DNA of 54,614 nt from positions 1 through 54,614 of the forward strand of contig JBDRFY010000069.1 of NCBI GenBank assembly GCA_043818275.1. Direction: 5' to 3'. The translations under genes were made by a program, and so were the position numbers. Within the stretch, counting starts at the first letter, position 1, and each line of letters starts with the position of its first letter. Origin of the DNA: a bacterium. Lineage in GTDB: Bacteria; Babelota; Babeliae; Babelales; JAUWHS01. Shown here one piece after another: positions 10,475-19,253 of the stretch. The notes under the pieces are model-generated. The model was not told the origin of the DNA and made no database searches. It saw only the letters and a list, made by a program, of their open reading frames with translations.

Positions 10475-11257
10475 ATGAATCTCAAACATCGGTTTTATTT
10501 TTTCAGCTTAATTATTCTTATATCTTTTTTTGAAATTCAAACAAGTGAGATAAATCTAAATCCGGAAGGAGGCGCCTTAACAGGCGCCTCTTTTCAAAAA
10601 GATGAAACAACAGACCAAACAAGTTTAGAAAAATCAGAAGAAATTTTGGTAAAAAAAGATTCATCAATTGAACAAAGCAAAACAATTGAAGAAATTAAAA
10701 CTGAAAAAATTAATTTGGAAAAAAACATTGAAACTTTAAATCAAAAATTAAAAAACCGTATATTCGATAAAGAATTTATTGAAATTGTAAAAACAACAAT
10801 TGAACAAAAAGTAAAATTAAATTCCGAACAGGAAAAAAAATTAATCACAATCATAATGGAAGCAAGATCAAGAAGTATTGGGGACACAAAAAAAGAATTA
10901 CAAAAAATACTTGAAGATTTATATAGACCGCCCCAAAAAAAAACATCTATTAAAAAGGAAGAACAGGAAAAAGAAAAAACAACAATTGAACAATTAAAAG
11001 AAAAAATAGAAAAAAATCCAAACATCTCTGCTGATGAAAAAACTGAAATTATTAATCTTATAAAAAAACTTGAATCAGAAATAAAAAAGAGCAACGTAAC
11101 ACAACGCATGCAAATACCTGAACAAAGAATTCAGACAACAAGAAGAAGTGAAGGTAAAAGAGTTGATCCATTTACCGTAGAAGATACTTCAAAAAGAAAA
11201 ACTCAAATACTAAAAACTTCAACTAAAGGAAGAAAAGAAACTGTTATAAAAAGATAA
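10475..11257 (+). CDS. Exported Lys/Glu-rich coiled-coil hypothetical protein
   Basis: AAGGA RBS overlapping the upstream stop; hydrophobic N-terminus; heptad-rich body. Confidence 0.65.
   Translation: MNLKHRFYFFSLIILISFFEIQTSEINLNPEGGALTGASFQKDETTDQTSLEKSEEILVKKDSSIEQSKTIEEIKTEKINLEKNIETLNQKLKNRIFDKEFIEIVKTTIEQKVKLNSEQEKKLITIIMEARSRSIGDTKKELQKILEDLYRPPQKKTSIKKEEQEKEKTTIEQLKEKIEKNPNISADEKTEIINLIKKLESEIKKSNVTQRMQIPEQRIQTTRRSEGKRVDPFTVEDTSKRKTQILKTSTKGRKETVIKR
10564..10595 (+). terminator. Intragenic GC-rich hairpin resembling an intrinsic terminator
   Basis: GAGGCGCCT-TAAC-AGGCGCCTC followed by TTTT, inside the 10475 ORF. Confidence 0.4.
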
Positions 11258-11286
11258 TTATAAAAACACTTTAAGAGGAGAAATTA

Positions 11287-13668
11287 ATGAAAATATTAAA
11301 TTTTTTATCCAAAGGATTATTTATCTGCCTGGCAACGTTTCTATCCAATTCTCCGACAAATGCTTTAACGTATCAGGATGTTCAAAATGCTTTAAATGGT
11401 TCTCAAACAGCTGTAAATAACATTATTAATTTTCAAAATCCTGTAACACAGGCAATGGGTATATCAATACCGAAACCTAATTTTATTGCAGAATTTACAA
11501 ACACAAAAAGAAGGCTTGAAGACACAATAAATTTAATTCTTGCATATAATCAAACAACTCTTAATTCTTCAGCTGTATCAAATTTAATAACTGAAGCTCA
11601 AACTTCTGCAAATAATGCTAACCCTAGTAATTCAGCAAATAATTATGGTCGCGATTTTCTTGTAAACGCGCAAGCTAAATTAACATCAGCTTTTAATTTA
11701 TTAAACACACAACAGTCACAACCACAACCACAAGTTCAACTAGTAACGACAATTCCTGATGGCAGTTATATTAAATTAAAAAATATTAAAACAGGCAGAT
11801 ACTTAACAACTAATCCTTATTCCGGAAATAATCCGGCAATTGGACTAACCCTTGAAAACACAACCAACCCAGAAACTCAAACATACTTAGTTAAAGGCTC
11901 AAATGGAAACTATCAATTAGTTGGAACAGCTGGAAGCCAAAGAGGGGCTTTATTTGTTAGTCCACAAAGCGCTTACTTTGACCACACGGAAAATTGGGAT
12001 AATAGTACTACAATGCAAATATACAAACAAGTAAATAGCAATATATATTACTTAACAAATCCATCTCTTAACGGAAAATACATAGGTATAAGTGATAAAA
12101 TAAGTTTCCCAAGAGATTTAAATTTATTTGATGAAAATGCAAAATGGGAAATAATTCAAGTCACTGTGCAACCACAGCCTCAACCAACAATGCCATTTAA
12201 TGATGGTGATCTTGTAACAATTAAAAGTTATGATAATCAATACTTGCAAATGCCTACTCAATTACCATCAGTAGGCTATTATCAAGCTCAATTTACAAAT
12301 AAAACAAATCAACCTAATCAAGTATTTAAAATAAAAAAATATACAAATAATTACTATGCTTTAATTGGCACTAAAACTGGAGAATATACTGGAGCTAATT
12401 CAGGATTCCTCGGTGCATACAGCCCTTATTCAAGTAGATTCGAAATTAAAGATACGCCTGGCGAAAACAATTATTTCTTATTATATAACAAAGGTGATTA
12501 TAGCTTCGCTATTAAAAACACCAAATATAATAAGTTTGAAGAAAAATCTGGACCTTTTTTAAAGGATACTGATGCAACATTTAATAATCTTCCAGCTTCA
12601 GCTATTTTTACAATCGAAAAATATACAGCTCCAACCATACAACCACAGCCACAACCAGAACCGCTACCAAATCCAACAATGCCATTTAATGATGGTGATC
12701 TGATTACAATAAAAAATTTAAATGGAATTTATTATCAAATGAGCGATAATAATCAAGGTCAATTTTATTACAATACATTCAAATCCCCCAACCAAGTTTT
12801 ACGAATAAAAGTAAATCCTAATAACAGTTATTCATTCATAGGAACAGTAAATGAAAAATCTGGAATGTTAAAAAGTGACCCAAGCTATGCTAGATTTACT
12901 CTCAACCAACAGATAGCTAATCCAGAAAACTCTTTTACTCTTTTTAGTAAAGGAGACAATTCTTTTGCTATCTATAATATCGGCTCTAATAAATTTGAAA
13001 ATCAAGATAGTTGGGCTTTAAAGGATACCGCTCAACCATTTAATACCCTTCCTGCTTCAGCAATTTTTACAATTGAAAAATATACGCCACAACCAGAACC
13101 ACAGCCACAACCAGAACCACAGCCACAACCAGAACCACAACCAGAACCACAGCCACAACCAGAACCACAGCCACAACCAGAACCACAGCCACAACCAGAA
13201 CCACAGCCACAACCAGAACCACAGCCACAGCCAGACGAGAAAGCAAAACAAATAGCCGATCTTCAAAATCTATTAATTCAAAAACAAACAGAACTAAGTC
13301 AAACTTCTCCAGTAAACAGAATAAAAAGGTCTCAACTTAACAGCGAAATCACAAACATTCAAAATCAGATAAACTCTCTTCAGGGAACAACAACTACTCC
13401 TTCAACAACAACTCCAACACAAGTTGTAACTCAACCAACAACTGTTGTAACTCCAAGAGGAGGTGTAACTCCCCGGGTTTATCAACGGCCTGGCGGAACC
13501 AAAGTAAGTCCATCCTCAGCTTTTGGCAGAACAGCTGCAACAGGAAGAAGTACTGCTCAACCGACATATCCAACAACAAGAACAGGTCAAGCAGTACTCC
13601 AAACAAGTACAACAGCGACAGGAAGAGGCGGTTACCAGGCAACAACTCAAACTTCACAACGATGGTAA
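11287..13668 (+). CDS. Exported protein: helical N-domain, three beta-trefoil-like domains, PQPE linker, Thr/Arg/Gly tail
   Basis: GAGGAG RBS; signal peptide; DGSYIKLKNIKTGRYLT and twice MPFNDGDL.TIK...LPASAIFTIEKYT. Confidence 0.7.
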   Translation: MKILNFLSKGLFICLATFLSNSPTNALTYQDVQNALNGSQTAVNNIINFQNPVTQAMGISIPKPNFIAEFTNTKRRLEDTINLILAYNQTTLNSSAVSNLITEAQTSANNANPSNSANNYGRDFLVNAQAKLTSAFNLLNTQQSQPQPQVQLVTTIPDGSYIKLKNIKTGRYLTTNPYSGNNPAIGLTLENTTNPETQTYLVKGSNGNYQLVGTAGSQRGALFVSPQSAYFDHTENWDNSTTMQIYKQVNSNIYYLTNPSLNGKYIGISDKISFPRDLNLFDENAKWEIIQVTVQPQPQPTMPFNDGDLVTIKSYDNQYLQMPTQLPSVGYYQAQFTNKTNQPNQVFKIKKYTNNYYALIGTKTGEYTGANSGFLGAYSPYSSRFEIKDTPGENNYFLLYNKGDYSFAIKNTKYNKFEEKSGPFLKDTDATFNNLPASAIFTIEKYTAPTIQPQPQPEPLPNPTMPFNDGDLITIKNLNGIYYQMSDNNQGQFYYNTFKSPNQVLRIKVNPNNSYSFIGTVNEKSGMLKSDPSYARFTLNQQIANPENSFTLFSKGDNSFAIYNIGSNKFENQDSWALKDTAQPFNTLPASAIFTIEKYTPQPEPQPQPEPQPQPEPQPEPQPQPEPQPQPEPQPQPEPQPQPEPQPQPDEKAKQIADLQNLLIQKQTELSQTSPVNRIKRSQLNSEITNIQNQINSLQGTTTTPSTTTPTQVVTQPTTVVTPRGGVTPRVYQRPGGTKVSPSSAFGRTAATGRSTAQPTYPTTRTGQAVLQTSTTATGRGGYQATTQTSQRW
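13087..13233 (+). repeat. Coding minisatellite, 18-bp unit CCACAACCAGAACCACAG (PQPEPQ)
   Basis: Seven identical full units, one 12-bp unit (13123-13134) and a partial final unit. Confidence 0.97.
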
Positions 13669-13700
13669 GAAACTAAATTATTTTATAAAAAACAATCAAA

Positions 13701-13731
13701 AAAACGGCGGTTTTTTTTAATCCGCCGTTTT
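13701..13731 (+). terminator. Intrinsic terminator-like hairpin after 11287..13668
   Basis: AAAACGGCGG ... CCGCCGTTTT inverted repeat. Confidence 0.7.
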
Positions 13732-13767
13732 AATATTATGAGAATTTGCACAAAATCTGATTTTTTC

Positions 13768-13797
13768 TTGAATTTACCTTGATAAAACTGGCATAAT
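13768..13797 (+). promoter_or_regulatory. Possible sigma70 promoter for the 13873 gene
   Basis: TTGAAT-18 nt-CATAAT with an extended -10 TG. Confidence 0.35.
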
Positions 13798-13872
13798 AAA
13801 AATGTACGATTAAAAGGATTTTTTGAAAAATTTTAAATTTTTAAATCAACTTTCATAAAAAAGGAGAATTTC

Positions 13873-14664
13873 ATGAAGGTTTTATGTAATTTTTTAATTT
13901 TAACATCATTATTTTTTAATTTAACTTTTGCGCAAAATTCCAATCAGGCATCTGAAGAAATTTTAAACCCTGGATTTATCAAAATTAAGGCAGCTAACAA
14001 TAAATATGTATCAATTAAAAATAGCCCAAATAATTATAGTTTTGACTTATCTTTAGAAGATTTTTCAACCAACAGCGAACCAAGACAAACTTTTTTCATT
14101 GTTCAAAAAGAAGGAAACCCAATAATTTTTGGGTCTTTAAATCCAAAAGATTACACCTTTCATTCAGAATTAGATCTTTTGGGTAACAGCAAAAATTTAG
14201 GTCAAGGATTTCTAAGCCCTTACAGAAATGGCAGTTTTCAAACAAAGTATTACAACGATTTTTCAGCAAACGTAATTAAAACATTTAAAATTACTGGATC
14301 AACCAATAAATATTTAATAACAAACGTCAATGAATTTAATTCAAAAAAAGAAAATAGTTTTTTTGGTATTGACGCAAATGGAAACTTTACAATTGGATTG
14401 AATAAAAATGATCCTAATGCCCAATTTGAAATAGAACAAGCAACCATACCGGTTAATTTAGAAAAACAAGTTCAGCCAACAAAAAAAGTTGTTCAGCTGG
14501 AATCAAAAAAATTAACCCCGGCAGAACAAAAAAGACCAAAATTAGCTCAATCCACATTAAGAACTCCGCTCGAAAAAAAAGATGAAGGTTATACAGGAAG
14601 AGTTTATAGAAGACCTTCCGGACCATCTGTCACGGGAGGAGGAAGAATCGTTACAAATTTTTAA
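13873..14664 (+). CDS. Exported single beta-trefoil-like domain protein with Arg/Gly tail
   Basis: AAGGAG RBS; signal peptide ending TFA; GFIKIKAANNKYVS...NAQFEIEQ resembles trefoil units of its neighbours. Confidence 0.65.
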   Translation: MKVLCNFLILTSLFFNLTFAQNSNQASEEILNPGFIKIKAANNKYVSIKNSPNNYSFDLSLEDFSTNSEPRQTFFIVQKEGNPIIFGSLNPKDYTFHSELDLLGNSKNLGQGFLSPYRNGSFQTKYYNDFSANVIKTFKITGSTNKYLITNVNEFNSKKENSFFGIDANGNFTIGLNKNDPNAQFEIEQATIPVNLEKQVQPTKKVVQLESKKLTPAEQKRPKLAQSTLRTPLEKKDEGYTGRVYRRPSGPSVTGGGRIVTNF

Positions 14665-14702
14665 GTAAAAAATAATATTTTTAGTTTTTTACTTAAAAAT
14701 TT
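14655..14702. terminator. AT-rich 18-bp perfect inverted repeat at the gene end
   Basis: AAATTTTTAAGTAAAAAA (14655-14672) / TTTTTTACTTAAAAATTT (14685-14702). Confidence 0.45.
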
Positions 14703-14709
14703 AAACACA

Positions 14710-14740
14710 TTGACAAAATTTAAAATAAAATTGTTATAAT
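14710..14740 (+). promoter_or_regulatory. Sigma70-type promoter for the 14795 gene
   Basis: Consensus TTGACA (14710-14715) and extended -10 TGtTATAAT (14732-14740); 19-nt spacer. Confidence 0.6.
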
Positions 14741-14794
14741 CTTAAAGCTTAAAAGAGAATGTTTTTTAATCATATTTTTTAAAGGAGATTTTTC

Positions 14795-17700
14795 ATGAAA
14801 TCATGGAATTTTTTATCGAAAATTTTATTCATATGTTTTGCAACATTATTATTCAATACAACCAAAGCTGTAACTTATGATGAAGTCAAAAAAACATTAG
14901 ATTATGCCGAAAGCAAAGTTAATGAAATACTACGGCACACAAAACCAACAACTGAAGTAAAATTCACACCAATTAAAGAACTCAATATGGATTTTGTAAA
15001 TTTGTATAATATCACTAAACAAGCTCTGAATAATACCGGAAATCTTATAAATAGTTATAATATAGAAACCAATAATAACGCAAATGTAACATTTAAAGTA
15101 AACGAAGCAAAAAATTTGTTAAATTCCGCAGGAGCAAAAAAGGACGGTGGGGATCACAACCACGGAAGAGACTGGCTAGTTAACGCTTTAAACAAACTTA
15201 AAGAGGCGTTTAATTTATTACAAGAACAAACAATTAGTGGTGAAGGCGAAGTTGGCCCATTAAAAAATTATTCCCTGGTAACAATAAAAGTTAATAATAA
15301 ATATCTCAGTGCTGATATAATCAGTGACACACCACAAATAAAACTTGTAGATAAACTTCAAGCACCTTATCAAGGTAACAATAATCAAATTTTTATTATT
15401 CGTAAAAGCGGCGAATATGTAGCATTTCAATCTATGAAAGATTTTATCAATGATGGAAACTTCTTAGAATTTAATATTAATAATGAAGCAAAACTTCTTA
15501 ATCAAGGTTTTGATTCCGGAAAATTTTTCAGACTAAATGCAGTTTCTGGAAAAACAAATACATATTATATTTTTTCTTATCCTAGACAAACATATGTCAT
15601 GCAAACTGGAGAAACAATTAAAACAGGTTATGCCCAAAGTGATATTGGAAATAAAGTTTCTGCCCAATTTGAAATAAAAGAATTCACACTTGATGATCCT
15701 GCGGCCAAAACAATTTTAAACCCAACTTTCTATAGACCAGACTTAGTAACAATAAGAAACGTTGGTCAAAATAAATATTTAAGCGGATCTTATAATGAAG
15801 CTGGATATGGCGGAAATATCAATCAATCAAGAGCTTTACAACTTGTGGATAAACCAATCCCTCTCACTTCCGTTTTCAAAATCGCAAAATCAGACCAAGA
15901 TTTAACAAAACAAGATCCTAATTACAGAGACTGGTTTGACAAACCTGGATATGAAACATGGTTTTCATTCATAGCTACTTATAGATTGGGATTTAGTGGT
16001 GGACAAAGAGGCTTGATGGATATAGCAGATGAAGGATATTTTAATTTAACTGTCGCAACAAATGCATACAGGAACTTTGAATTATCAAGGGTTCCAAATA
16101 CAGAAAAAGAATATTATATAATTAAAAACCAATTCCATAATAAATATTTAAGAGTTTCCGGAGGCAAACTTTTGGCAGATCAGAATGATGCAGGATCCGC
16201 CATGGCAGATCAACATTGCTGGTTTGAGATTGCAGAATTCAAAATGGAACCAAATCTTTATATTTTAAACAAAGAAACAGAAAATTTTAAATTTCCATCA
16301 GCAGGAAATGGTTTTATTACATTTCAGGTAAAAACACCAAATCGTTTAGAATTAACATTTTTAGATAATAACAATAATACGATTGGCAAAATTGTTTTTT
16401 CAAAAAATGAAATCAGCGGAGAATTCCAAACAACTTCATTTAGAGTAAGACAAGACAATATTTTCGATTCAGATTCAACCAAATTTTCTCCTTTCTGGAT
16501 TACTATTAGTAATCAAACTTTAATAACAGGAAAAGGAGATACAGCTGGGCAAAACACATTAAATTTAGAAACAGAAGGAAATGTAAAACAAGCAAGTTTA
16601 AAAATTCCCGCTTTGACAAATATTGTTGCTGTTAAATTCGCAGGAGATCCAAACACTTTCTTATTTAAACCAAGTGTCACACAACCAACAGTTACTATTG
16701 ATATACCACCTAAACCAGGAGAAGGTGAAACTATAGTTAAACTTGAATCGGGATATTATAAAATTAAAAATGTTGAAACAAATACATACATGACAATTAA
16801 AGATTCAAATCTGGATGCTGACATTTATAACACCAACGGAAAACCATGGGTCATATATTCCTTAAGATTCGAAAATCCAATTAATAATGCAACACAAATC
16901 TTTAAAATAGAAGAAACAGATGGCTGGCATAAAATTATCGGTTCACTGGATGCAACATATCAATTACCAAACAGCGGCATTATTGATACAGGTCTTGGAA
17001 CTGCATATTTTAATAAACAATTTGATTTTAGCACTTATAGAAAAATTAAAATCACTCAAAAAGCAGGAGTTCTTGGATCTTTTATAACTTCCGAAAAAGA
17101 TGCAAATAGCAAGTATGGTGTTGAAGCAAATAAATTAATGAAAGATAAAGCAAATCCTCGTTTCATTTTTGAAAAAGTAATGGTGCCTGACGCAACAACA
17201 ATAGAACCAATTGCGGAATTAAAGGTAGAAAAATATGATTTGGATATTAATGAGGTTCCAGGCGGATTAACTCAGGTAAGCGTTGGCGGCAATTTAATTT
17301 GCGGTATAAATAGCTCAAATAGACTTTATAAATGGGATAACGCAAAAAATACATGGACTTTATTTTCTGATGCAAATTATAAACACGTTTCTGTTGGTGA
17401 TGATAATATTGTTCTTACATTAGGAACAGATAATAAAATTTACACAAGAAAAGATGACAAATGGTTACTATTCGGTAAAGGTATTTTACCAACCACACCA
17501 ACAATAACAACTCAAACCGAAACAGCAAATTCAACTCCATCAGGAGAGCTTCCAGTCCCAGGTTCATTACCTGCTCCAACAACATTGCCAACCCCTCCAT
17601 CAACACCAACCCTTCCAGTGATAGGTCCTGATGGAATAGCGTATTTTGCTACAGCCCAGGCAATTCAAATGAAACAAATCGAAATTGGATCTAAAGATTA

Positions 17701-18646
17701 TATTTGGGGCCTAGGGCAAGATAACAAAGCTTATATGTGGAATGGTTCTGAATGGATTGATAAATCAATAGGAATGAAATTTAATTATATTTCTGTTGGA
17801 ATAGATGGAACAGTTATGGCCCTTGATTCAACAAATAAGCTTGCAAGTTGGACAGGTTCAAACTGGACAATTTCACCATTCAAAGTTCATCAGGTAAGTG
17901 TTACAAATAAAGACAAACATTGGGCGATAACAAAAGAAGAAGATGGCAGTTTCAATGTTTATAAATTTGTTGATAACGGATATGTTTTAAGAGCCAAAAA
18001 TTTACAACAAGTATCAGCGAATCTTGAAGGAACTTTATTTGGAATAAGTACTTTAAAAATATCTGGTGGATTTAAAATTTACGCAAGAATCATAAAACTT
18101 TACGGCAAAATTCTTGATAAATTAAACAACGCAAAAGAAAAAACAACAGTAAAAGAAAAAATCGAAGAAATAAATAAAGCGATTGACCTGGCAGTTGCCG
18201 AAAAAGTTGCTGCGGAATTAACATCTGATGAATTAAGCGCTCTTAAATTAGAAACATACACGGAACTATACAATATTTTATCAAAACAATTAGAAGCAGC
18301 AAAAACAGAAAATGTACTTAAGGAACTTAAAAATCTTGTAACTAAGGCGGGAGCTTCTGTTTTAATCGCGGATAATATTAAACCATTGTTAATTAGTTAT
18401 GCTGAAACAAAAATTATACTTGAAGAACCTAAACCAGAAACACCCGCAACCGCAACAACAGCAACCGCGGCAGATAGAAGAAGAATAACAACAACCACTT
18501 ACACCCCACGGGGAAGAGCCGTAGGTCCTTCACAACAAACAACAACAAGAGGAGGAACTGTTATTCCCGTACAACAAACAGCAGTTCCAGCAGCAACAAC
18601 AGGCGGCTCAACAACTCAAGACATAATTGCTAAAAAAACTCTATAA
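14795..18646 (+). CDS. Large exported modular protein: helical N-domain, beta-trefoils, FAMeT-like domain, tectonin-like propeller, helical domain, Thr/Arg tail
   Basis: AAGGAG RBS; signal peptide; tectonin-like blades PGGLTQVSVG, YKHVSVGDD, MKQIEIGSKDYIWGL, YISVGIDGTVMAL; GNGFITFQVK...FWITI. Confidence 0.72.
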   Translation: MKSWNFLSKILFICFATLLFNTTKAVTYDEVKKTLDYAESKVNEILRHTKPTTEVKFTPIKELNMDFVNLYNITKQALNNTGNLINSYNIETNNNANVTFKVNEAKNLLNSAGAKKDGGDHNHGRDWLVNALNKLKEAFNLLQEQTISGEGEVGPLKNYSLVTIKVNNKYLSADIISDTPQIKLVDKLQAPYQGNNNQIFIIRKSGEYVAFQSMKDFINDGNFLEFNINNEAKLLNQGFDSGKFFRLNAVSGKTNTYYIFSYPRQTYVMQTGETIKTGYAQSDIGNKVSAQFEIKEFTLDDPAAKTILNPTFYRPDLVTIRNVGQNKYLSGSYNEAGYGGNINQSRALQLVDKPIPLTSVFKIAKSDQDLTKQDPNYRDWFDKPGYETWFSFIATYRLGFSGGQRGLMDIADEGYFNLTVATNAYRNFELSRVPNTEKEYYIIKNQFHNKYLRVSGGKLLADQNDAGSAMADQHCWFEIAEFKMEPNLYILNKETENFKFPSAGNGFITFQVKTPNRLELTFLDNNNNTIGKIVFSKNEISGEFQTTSFRVRQDNIFDSDSTKFSPFWITISNQTLITGKGDTAGQNTLNLETEGNVKQASLKIPALTNIVAVKFAGDPNTFLFKPSVTQPTVTIDIPPKPGEGETIVKLESGYYKIKNVETNTYMTIKDSNLDADIYNTNGKPWVIYSLRFENPINNATQIFKIEETDGWHKIIGSLDATYQLPNSGIIDTGLGTAYFNKQFDFSTYRKIKITQKAGVLGSFITSEKDANSKYGVEANKLMKDKANPRFIFEKVMVPDATTIEPIAELKVEKYDLDINEVPGGLTQVSVGGNLICGINSSNRLYKWDNAKNTWTLFSDANYKHVSVGDDNIVLTLGTDNKIYTRKDDKWLLFGKGILPTTPTITTQTETANSTPSGELPVPGSLPAPTTLPTPPSTPTLPVIGPDGIAYFATAQAIQMKQIEIGSKDYIWGLGQDNKAYMWNGSEWIDKSIGMKFNYISVGIDGTVMALDSTNKLASWTGSNWTISPFKVHQVSVTNKDKHWAITKEEDGSFNVYKFVDNGYVLRAKNLQQVSANLEGTLFGISTLKISGGFKIYARIIKLYGKILDKLNNAKEKTTVKEKIEEINKAIDLAVAEKVAAELTSDELSALKLETYTELYNILSKQLEAAKTENVLKELKNLVTKAGASVLIADNIKPLLISYAETKIILEEPKPETPATATTATAADRRRITTTTYTPRGRAVGPSQQTTTRGGTVIPVQQTAVPAATTGGSTTQDIIAKKTL

Positions 18647-18657
18647 TTAATTAAAAG

Positions 18658-18704
18658 CAAAAAAAAGAAAGACCAAAGAATTTCTTTGGTCTTTCTTTTT
18701 TTTG
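18658..18704. terminator. Bidirectional terminator-like 23-bp perfect inverted repeat
   Basis: CAAAAAAAAGAAAGACCAAAGAA-T-TTCTTTGGTCTTTCTTTTTTTTG just after the stop. Confidence 0.85.
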
Positions 18705-18773
18705 AAATCATTGCATTAAAAACTCTTTTTTTTTAAAAATAATTTAATCAGGAAATAAAAAACTAATCTTTGA

Positions 18774-19108
18774 CTTTGTTTATCAATTTAATAATTATTT
18801 TGACAAGCCCTGTTAAGGGCGGCATTTGTTAGCCCAGGGTAAGAAAATTCTTGTCCGCCGAAGTACCGCTATTTGCGGTACGAAGGTGGATAATTTTCGC
18901 AACCCTGGGAAAAAGATTAAAATAAAAATTTAGCCCCGTAGGGGCGGCACATAAAATTATTTGTTTGTTTTTTATGTGCCGCCCCTACGGGGCTAGAATG
19001 TGATTATAATTTATACCCAGAGCTGTAACGCTACGCGTTTTGCACTGGGCTAATAAATGTCGCCCTTAACAGGGCTTGTCAAAGTAATTATTAAGTTGAC
19101 ATACAAAG
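18774..19108. mobile_element. REPIN/MITE-like non-coding nested palindromic element
   Basis: 64-bp terminal inverted repeats (18774-18837 / 19045-19108, 58/64 Watson-Crick); perfect 26-bp inner IR (18931-18956 / 18970-18995); mini-hairpins GCCCTGTTAAGGGC and GCCCCGTAGGGGC. Confidence 0.75.
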
Positions 19109-19177
19109 ACTAACGTTGAAAATTTAAAATTTAAGATCAAAACTTAACGCTTCGGACAGTTATGAAACAAGTTCCAA

Positions 19178-19207
19178 CCTTAGTACCGCAAATAACAGCA
19201 CTTCGGC
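19178..19207 (-). repeat. Inverted degenerate copy of the hairpin module at 18857-18886
   Basis: Reverse complement GCCGAAGTGCTGTTATTTGCGGTACTAAGG vs GCCGAAGTACCGCTATTTGCGGTACGAAGG (26/30). Confidence 0.8.
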
Positions 19208-19253
19208 CAACAGGCAAAATGACAATATGGTAAAAAATATAAAAGGAGAGAGA

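Noticed and set aside
13087-13233. Possible CRISPR array
   Set aside because: Contiguous coding tandem repeat with no unique spacers, and no cas genes in the window
13057-13266. Trp-rich (WLWF)n and His/Asn-rich ORFs
   Set aside because: Antisense and alternative-frame readings of the PQPEPQ minisatellite
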